NCBI RefSeq assembly: GCF_001194135.2
Contig: NC_068992.1
Span: 18,261,298 to 18,325,297 of the forward strand
Length of the DNA: 64,000 nucleotides
From: Octopus bimaculoides
Lineage: Eukaryota
Direction: 5' to 3'
The notes beneath the pieces were generated by a model. It was not told where the DNA came from. It saw nothing but the letters and a program-made list of their open reading frames with translations, and made no database searches. Position 1 is the stretch's first letter, and every line of letters starts with the position of its first letter. The position numbers were made by a program, and so were the translations under genes. Below, one piece after another: positions 25,261 to 36,872 of the stretch.

Positions 25261-26758
25261 ATGAGAAGAAATAGTTTGGCAGGATTTAAAAAAAGGACTT
25301 AATGAAACTATTCTATGAAATGTTATTAGAAATCTCAGCAGAAATTAACCTTTACACACATTTGCCACTCTTAATCATAATGCATAAAATTAAGACATAC
25401 CATAGACCCAATGGAAAATTTTTGAAACAAAAATAAGGTTTCCAAACGTCTATCCTCATAGTATTTTACTCATCGTTCTCCTCGCTTACTTTTGTGTTGT
25501 ACACGCGGGAGCAGGTTTTAAATTTTGCAAGCACGAAATTAAAACAAAATCGAGATTTAATTAACAAGAAAATTCGACAACACATGCTGAATATTAATGA
25601 AACCCCAAACCCACCCTCGAAGACGTATGTGTAGATAACTCGGATTTTAATGCTATACAATTCTTTTCAATAGCGCCGTAAAGACTAATACAGCAAAAGT
25701 GTTCATCGTGCGAATCACCCGTCATTTCTTGTACAAGAAATAGAAGTGTATCGCACCTTATATCAGAAGACAGATTTTTAATAAGAGTAACTGACAACAA
25801 TAGAAATATTGCACTTTGTAACTGTATTAATCCTAGCGCTTGCTCGCTTGCAAAAACATGCTTGGAAATGTTCATGGTTTATTCCGGTAGAAGGCACGTT
25901 AGAGCCTCATTTAAACACCTAAAGATTGAACGTGCTGAGTCAGCCTGATCGGCGCCGCACAAAACCTTACTTCGATGGTTCAAGTCATAAGAAACAGGTC
26001 TAGAACTTGCTTCCACATCGCACATCTTTACTACTTTTTGGTTCTTACAAACAATGCCGATATTGTCTGAAAGCAAATGAGAATCTATGTTATTGTTAGG
26101 TATACTTAAAGAATAACTTGAAGGATATGACACTCGCTGATGCAGAAGCAAAAAGGAGAAACTAAACAAAAATAAAACAAAAGCGAAAATCATGAAATAA
26201 AATATTGATGTTTTAAATAACATGATATCACCTTAATGTTCGCTAATACCTTTCTAACGACAATAGACACCCTATGCTGTTTACTTAAAAAAAAAAAATT
26301 CCTTATTCTGAGAGACCAGGTTAAAAGAGCATTGGTAAGTGAAGACATTTTTCTTTTTATTGAAGAAAAATATATTGAAAGAAAATAAAAGACTGGCAGA
26401 AAACGAAGTAAAGGAAAATGAACGACCAATGATATCAGGGATAATATTAACAATAAAGGCATACAATAGAAACTTAAAATTGGTTTTCAATTGTAGCATT
26501 TATAAATTGAGAGACATTAGAAGAATTGCGTTAGTGAAACAAAAAAAGAAGATATATAAAGCCTATTGGCTATATTTGTCTTCAAGTGGTTTTGCAAATA
26601 TTTTTACCACTTATATTCAAGTATATTTCAACGTCGTTTTAATGCAAATATTCCCGGCTAGAGACAGCACAAGAGGTAAATATCGCTGGGGTCCGCCGCA
26701 AATGGAAAACGATTTTTCCCTATACGCACAAAACACACCACACAGACGCACAGACACA

Positions 26759-26795
<37 letters not shown>

Positions 26796-29700
26796 GTTTG
26801 AGATTTCTTATATGTATAAGTATGTATAAGTGTTTGTCTCCATTTATATATATATATATATATACACATTCAGCCATTTTCAAAATCAAAGGACACCAAA
26901 TCTATTAGGGGAAACCCAACCAAATTGTTAGAATATTCAGAAAACTAAAACTATCAAAAGAATTTTTACAAGATTACCCATGTTAAAAAACAAATTCAAT
27001 CCACTTTATAAAGATTTGTACATACATTTCGCTGTTTTCACGTTCGAATAATGCATTAAAATTTCGAAAGATTTATATAATGGAATGGCGTCTTTTATTT
27101 CCTTTGCAACAACATGACTCAGTTTTGCTTTGTAATGAAAATATACATGAGCGAACAATTTGAATATCGTATATTGTACAATGTATATTACTGTTAAGTG
27201 TTTGAATCGATATGGCAGTAAACAGGTTACATACAACCGGTCCACCGAAGATTGCTTATATTTTTTGCGTCTCATACAGCTTCGTAACCTATTAGAATGT
27301 TAGGTTTAGAAATAAAAGTAGGATCGCTTTCTCCATACATTTCTGATGAACCAATATTACTGCGATTAGCAAACTCATTATTGCAAACTTTAAAATTACT
27401 CGTCCATATTACACTGCAATCAATTCCTACCTAAGTTATTCAAACATACCAGTGCAGAACTGGGGTAGATAACATCGCCTGCAATCTACCATAAACACGA
27501 TAAAAGATTTAATAATTATATATTCAAATCCCACTGGGATCTATATTGACTTTCATATCATTATTGATGGTCGATATTAGATAGCCGTTATTTGATAGTC
27601 GATAAAATATGTACCAACCAAACACTGGAATCTAGCTAAATGACGACTATTCCTATTTCCTAAAATGTATGGCATTGTGCTGATACTAGAAATCAATATT
27701 ACGGTGTATCATGAATCAAACATTCGATCTAGAACTGACTCACAGCCAGTGACAAAATATAAACTACAGAATCATTTGCTGATTCTTCGTCAGTCAACCG
27801 CAGAAATTAATCTGTCAGGCACGCTAGGCTAAACTTTAAATTTCCTATCTGCATATAAGTATTATATGTACCAGTATTATACTATGCACATAACATTGAA
27901 TCTAGTTTTCACCTATACGATACCAGTCTGCGTTAAGCAAATTTAAGATAATAATGTATACTACCAATAATCGTTTGAAAAGAATTGAACGAAAAGGAAA
28001 CTCAAAGATATAACATATCAAATTAATAATAAGTTCTTGTGGCCAGAATATTCGGAGAATTGCTTCTCTTTTCAGTTTCAATAGAGCTGTTTCTAAACTG
28101 CAGGTTATTTCAATCAATATTTGCTATACTCATATCACTTGGACTATTTTAAAAATTTATACAGAGAGAGAAATAATGCCTCAATGATATTTACAGATTT
28201 CTAAAAACATGGTGAGATCAAAGACATTGATGTCTACCTTGAAATTCTGCTGCGGGTTGATATCAGTGATAAGAAATGCTGTGCTGTGGTAGGTTGTAGT
28301 GCTGTCCAATAGATGTTTCACAAATTATTTCGTGAGATTCATGAATAATGATACATAATATGAATAATTAGATACGTGTAGAAAACACAGCGCGTTCAGT
28401 CTCAAGCGGTTATTTTGCTGTTTATAGTCATTAATGTGTATGTTGTTATGTGCGTCTCCGCCAAGAAAGTTGATGATCTGTTTATTGTCAACATCTCTGT
28501 GTTTGACTGCTGTGCAATCTCAGATATGTGAGCCGTACTGAATTGCAGACGGCATTTGAACTTTACAATAACTCAGATGATCTCTTCCACTTAACAAATA
28601 TTCCAGTTCTAATGAAGCTACCTTATCTTTACGGGTCAGACCTATTAACGTTGTGAACGTAAGGTCACAATGAGATCTCACTAGTTATTGTGTAGCCTCA
28701 TCCTCTACACATGAAATTCAAGCCGTTCTTAAATATCAAGCCTCCAAGGTTTATACAATAAATAAAAAGTAATATTCTTGAGTAAATTCAACAAATATAC
28801 TGTCTCTTGTCTAGAACCTGATTTTGTACGTATTAAAATATAAATTAAATTTGTCATCTACGCCAGGCGGCAATTATGTCTTTTATCTCTCTAGAAACAA
28901 AGAAAACATTAGCAGTAATAGACTATGGAAATGGATATTTTCGCTGTCAATTGAAATCAATAAAACCGCCATTAACTTCTAAAATATATAAAAATGCTTC
29001 AAACTTTAACTATTACTAACGTTATCACAAACAATGCTTCAGTCTGAAAATGTATTCTTCAATTCATTTATATGCAACTGGATTGTTCTAACAAAATTGA
29101 AACTAATTTCACTATTGTTTCAATTGTTAAATAATATATTGGCTGTCTATTAACTATTTCGTATACAATGCTGTCTAACGTGAAAATCTGTTTTTTCTTC
29201 TTTTAAATATAGTTGTTTGTAATTCTAAAAGCGATCACTAGCGATTTTAGTTAAACACTTTAGAAGATGCCAAAATAAAACAAAACAAAAAAACAACAAA
29301 AAAAAAACAAAAGAAAAGAATACAGGCACTTTCAAAGCAAAGCAAATTGATGTTTGTATGATTGGTTTACAAAATAGGAATTTTCTTATCGATTTTAACA
29401 CATTTATTTCTTTCCTTTTTTTAAAACTACAATTTCGTACTAATTAAACTTGATATATCAGTAAGTATACAGCTAAAACACCATATGTACAATTTTGTTT
29501 ACAATAGATGATTGGTTGAAATTAATACTTCTATCCTGTGAATTGAAGTTCTTAAATAGATGAAAGAATTTGAAGTGATTATGAACAAGAAAGATGGATA
29601 GAATATTTGTTAGAATCAACGAAAATAAAACGAAAATAAATATTAAGAAACGGAAAACATTTTTACAGACAAATGGAGGAGTAAGTAAAAATCGACGATA

Positions 29701-29809
29701 AAATTTTCACAAAAAATATATTGATTTTATTCCAAAGTAGGTATAATATCACATTTAATATAAAGCCACGGCTGATAAAATCTAGCTTAGAAAATATCAC
29801 AATAGATTG

Positions 29810-30272
29810 TGGGCGGACAAAGGCCAATATTGGCACCTTGCATTATTTCATCTCGGCATTCGTATTTGAACTGAGCACAGTAAATCAACAAGTTAGGTTT
29901 GCATTTACACAAATACACTTCACTTTTACATATAGGCATACGACTCAATATATTTTAGAGGACAAATGGATGTGTGCGTGTGTTCGCATGTGTGTGCGCG
30001 TGCGTGTGTATAGTTGCTGCTGACGTGTTAATACTTTACACAACGACGACTGAGCTACTGACACGCGCTACCGTGTACTGTACCCAAAGCAAGAAAATGA
30101 TGTCGCTGATATAATGTGAAGCTGACAACTGCTTACGTGGCGCCAGCCTCGTAGCAACATTTTGTTTGAAAACGATTGTCAAAAGTAAAGAGAATACCAG
30201 GTGTTACTTTCATGTGGTACTTAATACCACGTGACCTGAGCTGACCAATAGGGGCCATCAAGGATCCATCTT
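29810..30272. promoter_or_regulatory. Promoter-like motif clusters (GC box, CCAAT, E-box, YY1-like)
   Basis: GGGCGG at 29811-29816 with CCAATATTGG at 29824-29833; CCACGTGACC at 30227-30236; CCAAT at 30245-30249; CCATCTT at 30266-30272; locally CpG-rich and not recognisably TE-derived. Motifs are short and can occur by chance. Confidence 0.35.
30137..30160 (-). CDS. Possible first coding exon (MLLRGWRH), unverified
   Basis: ACAAA-ATG context on the minus strand followed by 8 codons and a strong donor GTAAGC at 30136-30131. No convincing downstream exon was linked. Confidence 0.2.
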
Positions 30273-30569
30273 GAATCTTTCAAAAAATTTCGAAGTATAT
30301 ATATATTGTTTATTATTATTATGATATCTTATTATATAGTTATTATTGTATAAAAACAAAACAACATTTGTAGTCGCTTTTTCACTGTAACATATCAAGA
30401 CTCCGGGTTTGCTTACAAATATTATATGTAGTACTACACAGTTAAGTATCTACACATAAAATTTGATTGAAATATATGGATGACTGTTGTGGTTCAATCG
30501 GATGCGCAAGGAGTCATATATATATGGTGGGGGGGGGTTTAATACAATTCGGGTAATAACCTTGTAACA

Positions 30570-31310
30570 TGCATTTAAAAGCTGCTACACCGTTATTGGC
30601 TAACACATGTCACTCTACAGCAGAATATTTTCCAAGGCTGGATAAAGATGTAGGAAACCGCGCTATTGTATTGGAGTCACATGAAAATAATAAGCGGATG
30701 GGAAATACCAGGATTTAGTTGTTTTCACTTTTCATTTATATATAATGTTCTTTCTAAAGTAATCATTCTCCAGGAGACATATGCCTTTTGTTTCTGAAGA
30801 TGCACTTTTTAATTTCATTTATTGTTACCTGATTTGCTCTAGTTTCATCCTTATTCCTATTTCGTTTCGCATCGAGCGTATTGATGTAGCAGCTATTGTT
30901 TATACTATTTCGATTGTTTGTGACTTCTTCCTTAATAACTCCATCTGCATTTGTTTCCCTCCTGTTTTCTAATTCATTTCTCCCATCCATGCTAATGTTT
31001 CCATTTATATTGGAAATTTAAGAATAGATATTATTCTCCCCTTCACTATGATCTATCCACCCTGCACTATTTTGAGTTCTGCTTTCGCATTCTAGTCTCA
31101 ACTTAGCTTTTTATTATTTAATCTGTGTATATACTATTCTAGGCTGTGGAGTGTCGCATATGACAACTTCACACTATGCCGGGAAAAGATCTGATATCTC
31201 CAAGACCTATGAAATTGTCTATTTAATGCAGAGAAAAATTCAGGAGAATTTTGGATTCGACTTGTAATCCAAATACCGAATTCAACAATAACATGTCATC
31301 CTTACTGTTG
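30570..31310 (-). pseudogene. Penelope-like element relic (post-RT region, N-rich linker, start of endonuclease)
   Basis: Minus strand FFSALNRQFHRSWRYQIFSRHSVKLSYATLHSL, the Asn-rich ORF 30763-30990, then CLLENDYFRKNIIYK*KVKT; homologous to the 8328 and 9704 relics. Confidence 0.75.
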
Positions 31311-31370
31311 AGTTCATATAACTATACAGAGTTCTGCAACAGCATTTCCAATACGGATTAAACTCTTTTA

Positions 31371-31428
31371 CTTTAGTCGAGCAAATCGACCCCAGGACCT
31401 ATTATTTGTAAGCCTAGTACTTATTCTA
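31371..31428 (-). mobile_element. SINE family B tail fragment
   Basis: TTTAGTCGAGCAAATCGACCCCAGGAC..TTTGTAAGCCTAGTACTTATTCTA is the reverse complement of the 47970-48005 region. Confidence 0.8.
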
Positions 31429-31521
31429 AAAATCAATAAAGTACGTAAAAGAAGAACTAGTAAATGGTATAAAAATGAATACGCAAGNNNNNNNNNNCAA
31501 AAATATACTGACTCGTCAGGT

Positions 31522-31555
31522 CTAAAATATAATAATAATAATAATAATAATAATC

Positions 31556-31628
<73 letters not shown>
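31522..31628. repeat. (AAT)n microsatellite
   Basis: Direct reading. Confidence 0.95.
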
Positions 31629-31631
<3 letters not shown>

Positions 31632-32190
31632 TCAATGTATATATTGCAATGTATAATAAATATCAAATAAATATATTAAAAAATACTTGTTTTAACAATA
31701 AATAAAGATATAATCGAAAAACATTAAAAAATATTTCTTAAAATAAAATCAAAACATATCTTTACGAAGAATTGCTGTTAAACTAAAATTTTAAGCGTAA
31801 TACGTAGAACTAAGCGTTTATAAGAAATATATCGCGTGCAAATACAGCGTAAATAAAAAAATTATGGAATAATGAGATAGAAATATGTATTTAAACCGTT
31901 AAGATGACATAATGTATTTTAGATGTGAGAATAAGAAAAAACTTAACTGTAGTATACCGTTTACTTAAACATTCTAAAGTCTAAATAACTTGAATATAAA
32001 ATACGTAAAATATATTATATATAATATACATGAATGAAGCTAAATTACAATAGTTTAATATATTTTCATTAATTTATGTATTTATTTATTTTATAAACAT
32101 CTTAATTTAATCTTATTCTAAATATGTAATATATCCGTTATAATCTCGTGCTAATTTATACACATTCTACTACTACAAATCATATAAATA

Positions 32191-32558
32191 CAGGGTGATT
32201 CAAAAGTCTCCATACATAGCAAATTGTTATTTTTTTTTATAAGAAAGAGTTTATAAGATCCTCTAGATTCCATGATCTGACTCTTCTTGATTTCTATCTT
32301 TGGGGCATTTGAAAGGCATATTGTATCGCAGGAAGATAAAAGAAATAAATCATTTGAAGGAACGCCTCACCAACTCCTTTGCACACGTATCACCAAATGT
32401 GTTATTACGAGTTCCCAATGAGTTGGGTAAACGTATTGCAATGTATATTCAAAACAATGGTAACCATATAGAGCCTGTTAGATAAAAAAAAACTGTTCTT
32501 ATAAACTGTTTCCTATAAAAAAATAAATTGTTCCTATGTATGGCGAGTTTTGAATCAC

Positions 32559-32562
<4 letters not shown>
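32191..32562 (+). mobile_element. 372-bp Tc1/mariner (DD41D-type) MITE with transposase C-terminal remnant
   Basis: About 70-bp imperfect TIRs (CAGGGTGATTCAAAAGTCTCCATACATAG vs reverse complement CAGAGTGATTCAAAACTCGCCATACATAG); TA at 32189-32190 and 32563-32564; internal DLTLLDFYL/WGHLKGILYRRKIK..HLKERLT..NGNHIE. Confidence 0.9.
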
Positions 32563-32613
<51 letters not shown>

Positions 32614-32704
32614 NNNNNNNNNNNNNNNNNNNNNNNNNNNNNNNNNNNNNNNNNNNNNNNNNNNNNNNNNNNNNNNNNNNNNNNNNNNNNNNNNNNNNNN
32701 NNNN

Positions 32705-32749
<45 letters not shown>

Positions 32750-33034
32750 GGGGATCAGTTCACTAGATTATCTAACCGAATAGGTACAGTGAGTAAGTGC
32801 TATAAGTGGTCATACTTTAGGTTCCAAGTTCACAGATCCCTATACACACACACACGCCCGCGCACGCACACACACACACACACACACGCACGCACACACA
32901 CACACGCACACACAATCAATACACACACACACACATATGTATATATATTTGCCTATTCTGCACATTAGCTTGCCTTCAATCTGATTGTTATAATTCTTTA
33001 AATGTAAAATTTAAAATGTAATATCATTTTTATA

Positions 33035-33240
33035 ACAAGTAATTTTCGTAGCCACTTTAACATGGCTGTCCGTTCGAGCGGACTCTATTGCGATTTTTTA
33101 GCCACAACAGGACATCTCCTCTAGTTGTTTGCCGATGCATCGTTAACCAGCTAGAGGAGATGTCCTCTTGTGGTTAAAAAATCGCAATAGAGTCCGCTCG
33201 AACGGGCAGCCATTTTAAAGTGGCTACGAATATAACTTGT
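33035..33240. repeat. Loopless, indel-free palindrome of about 200 bp (foldback/MITE-like)
   Basis: Symmetry centre between 33137 and 33138 (CGATG|CATCG). 33045-33127 pairs with 33148-33230 with 5 mismatches; pairing continues imperfectly out to 33035/33240. Confidence 0.92.
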
Positions 33241-33870
33241 CATTACAACTACTGCGTTGATCTCTTAGATTTTAGAACTAGCATTTTTATAATGCATTGT
33301 AGAAAAATATATTTATTGTAACGCTCGATATAAATATAATAAATATAATATCAGTACAGCACCACAAAGGATCCACAAAAAAAGCAACAAGGAAAACCTC
33401 ATCACTCGCAACGACAAAAAAAAGTAGGATGTCACCTATGCAAATATTCCTTACGTTTATAATGTCAACCTCAGTAAGAATTATGTAAATGTCAACCTAT
33501 GCATCTGTCAAAGATTTCTTTATGTAAGCACATTTTTAAGGAAATATCAATTATGCATTGTCAAAATGAGGGAAAAATACTACATACTAAACAATAATAA
33601 AAGTCACAAAAGAATAGAGAAAATGTATGGGAGTTGAGCGTTTGTACACATTTAAAAGGAAAATGTTAAACCATGCACAACAATCTAAATATAGTATATA
33701 ATAAATAAATATAGACAAGGTATTCATAGGAAGAAATTTTATAAAAGTAATAAATATACTCGAGAAAAATATCAAGATATGAACACGTTTAGTAATAAAA
33801 ATTTATTTCACTCAGAAATGACATAGAAATAATTTTTGTCATATTTCAGTTAACTGTCTTTCTCTTTGCC

Positions 33871-33913
<43 letters not shown>

Positions 33914-33997
33914 ATATATATGTCTGTGCGTATGTATGTATGTGTGTATGTAATGTTATTTTGTGTTAATCTAATTCTATTACTTGTGTTTGATATT

Positions 33998-34114
33998 GTC
34001 TTCTTCTTCTTCTTCTTCTTCTTCTTCTTCTTCTTCTTCTTCTTCTTCTTCTTCTTCTTCTTCTTCTTCTTCTTCTTCTTCTTCTTCTTCTTTTTCTTCT
34101 TCTCCTCCTTCTTC

Positions 34115-34161
<47 letters not shown>
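33998..34161. repeat. Compound (TTC)n-(TTA)n microsatellite
   Basis: Direct reading. Confidence 0.95.
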
Positions 34162-34162
<1 letters not shown>

Positions 34163-34659
34163 GGTGAGAGAGCAGAGCATGTCATCAAAGTGACACTGGG
34201 AAAAAATATACGAAGCCCGGTATACCTATCATGACTACCCGTCTGATACAGGTACACCAAGCAAATGCATCACAAACATATGTGCACAATATGGTGATCT
34301 CATATGAAGATAAACAACGCATGAACCTGCAGTGGGGACCCAGTTAGAATATTCTTGAGGTCGAGTAGCCCATCCCGTGAATAAAGTTAGTTTAAGGATT
34401 TTGAATGAAACACACATGTTTCTAGAGATGAATCATTCAAACTCCAAAGAGTTCCTTTCAAAACATGGCTATGATGCTCCACCACTACTTTTGCTAATGA
34501 TCAGCGATGCACATAACGTCAGCCACTAAGGGACATGTTATGGTCAAACAAGTGACAAGCAGATCTTTTATACGAAGACAAAACAATGTACATGATAACA
34601 CGTCCAATCAGTTAAGAGCAGAAGCCATGAAAGCCACTGCCTGGTACTGCATCAGGGCA
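34162..34659. mobile_element. ~500-bp non-coding element embedded in (TAA)n repeats
   Basis: Complex-sequence block with sharp boundaries; (TTA)n on the left and (ATT)n at 34660-34850 on the right; no ORF. Classed as a mobile element by inference. Confidence 0.6.
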
Positions 34660-34739
<80 letters not shown>

Positions 34740-34749
34740 NNNNNNNNNN

Positions 34750-34850
<101 letters not shown>

Positions 34851-35139
34851 TTAATAAACACCATATATGTATTTATGTGTTACTATCAGTTCCATGAGAT
34901 GAAATCATGCCAGACAGTATTGTTTTAATACATCTAGTGTCTCAGCGTAATCTGCAGGCGCTGCCCACATGGCATAACAAGCTAAAATATGACGGTAAGA
35001 TGAAAGGAAAAACGAGAAAAGGCGAGAACGAAGGAGATGTAAAAGGTGGAAGGTTGAGAAAGCGGAAAAGGAATACAGAAAGAAGCAACAGTGGTGTATT
35101 AGAGTCATTTCTCCTTTGCCCGTAAAATATGAGGCTGAA

Positions 35140-35480
35140 AAGATTGTGGCCTAGAGTTTGTGGTATAGCTGCTCAATCCGGAGAGTTTAGATACTATGTT
35201 ACTAATGTTAGCTATCAAGTTTTAAATACCACAAGTGGCATGTGTTACAAGACTGTTTATGGATATAGGAAATTTTCTCGTGGACTTATGGTAAGGTTCA
35301 TAAGAGGAGAAGTTTAGGTCTAGGTAGGAAAACATCGATAAAATCTGATTTTAAGATCTAATTGGTAGAAGGAAATTGTTTCCTAAAATTATCTCGGGTG
35401 TAACCGTCATAGCTATCGGAAGTACCCAATCCGTCATCTAGGTATAGACCAATGTCGTGAGATGAGTACTTTGATCTCAA
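35140..35480 (-). pseudogene. Penelope-like RT relic (catalytic motif and thumb)
   Basis: Minus strand RSKYSSHDIGLYLDDGLG (PLE DIGLYRDDGL), then YEPYHKSTRKFSYIHKQS (YEPYHKP...YIH..SNHP). Confidence 0.75.
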
Positions 35481-35489
35481 TGTGTCTTC

Positions 35490-35975
35490 ATGTTTCAGAT
35501 TCTGCTAATCAATATCTTTATGAATAGACTCCATTTCTTAAGTTTTGTGTATTGGCATATTCCATTATATGTAGGCTTTGGCATTTTCTGAGACCTTTTC
35601 TAGAGTATTCCTGTCGCCTCTCGCGTGTTGTCATTCCATAATCATAATGCAAATTCCAGTGTATGTAAGTCCTAACTCTGCCATGCCTGTAGTTATATTC
35701 TTTCTTCGCTAAGATTGGACACTCAATTTTTCCCTCCACATCACCATTTAATCTGCAGTTATTTATAGTAATTTACTTCAATATGTGTATTTGGTGGTTT
35801 CTGGTGAGGAAAATCTGATCTTATGCTGCAATTAAGAACCTGTCAGTGTTTGCTTAGAATCCAGAGACTCTCAGCCAGCGTTGAGATTTTATTTAAACTG
35901 TTTCTTTTCTGTTCAGTTTATTCCAGTATTTAATATACCAGGTGTTTTCTCATCATCGTTCACATTTTGTAGTCC
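35490..35975 (-). pseudogene. R4/Dong-clade non-LTR retrotransposon relic (zinc-knuckle region)
   Basis: SQRWLRVSGF*ANTDRFLIAA*DQIFLTRNHQ..NCRLNGD followed by ECPILAKKEYNYRHGRVRTYIHW. Confidence 0.82.
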
Positions 35976-36738
35976 GATGCCTTCTATCGTTTCAAGGCCC
36001 ATATAAATGTACCAATTTATGACGACTAATTGGCGGGACTAAAACATATGCCTTTGCAGTATCTGTTCTGGTTCTTACGCTTTACCAAACTGTTTGAGCA
36101 CAAGCTAGCGACAATCCCCGTCAATAAACAGGAATGCAGTAGAGAGAGAAGTGTTACCCAAGTTTGCATATTTATGTATGCAAATGACGGGCCAACATTA
36201 CTCCTTCAGCATTCAGACCGCTTTGTCAAATGTAATCCATATTTAGTCACGTTCTTTAGAGATAATCATGTATTGTCATGTAGCTTTGAGATTTCAAAGT
36301 TATGGTTGTTTACTTATAGAATGACACTGAAGGGCAGGTGTGTGAAGCTGGATCTGGTCAGTTTGAAGATGAAACAGGCAAAATAGTTGGGCCGGATATG
36401 GCCGATTAAAATGCTAAGGGAATAACTGACTTAAACTGTACAATGGTGGACAATATTGAAAGGACCGACTACAAACGCTTCAGAATTCCTACTCTCAGCA
36501 GGTGACTGTAGACAAGGGGATGAAAGCAGAAATGACGTTGTCTTTATTGATAAAGGTATTCCTACATTTTTAGTGGGATCTCTGTTTGAAACCTGTTACT
36601 GTCTCCTTGGGAGGTGTTATTATTTTTCCACTTCTACTGGTTTTCTCATATGCGACTCTGCATAATCACTGAACTCATTTTAAAAATTTATCCATATAAT
36701 GTCCAATCACTTCGCTCTTTTGGTAAATAATATAACTC

Positions 36739-36769
<31 letters not shown>

Positions 36770-36788
36770 CATTATTATTATTTTTATT

Positions 36789-36871
<83 letters not shown>
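36739..36871. repeat. Interrupted (ATT)n microsatellite
   Basis: Direct reading. Confidence 0.95.

Positions 36872-36872
<1 letters not shown>

Noticed and set aside
34600-34659. HDV-like or hammerhead ribozyme at the end of the (TAA)n-embedded element (CCCTGATGC)
   Set aside because: The core reads CTGATGC with no GAAA partner, and no P3/L3/P1.1 pattern could be built.
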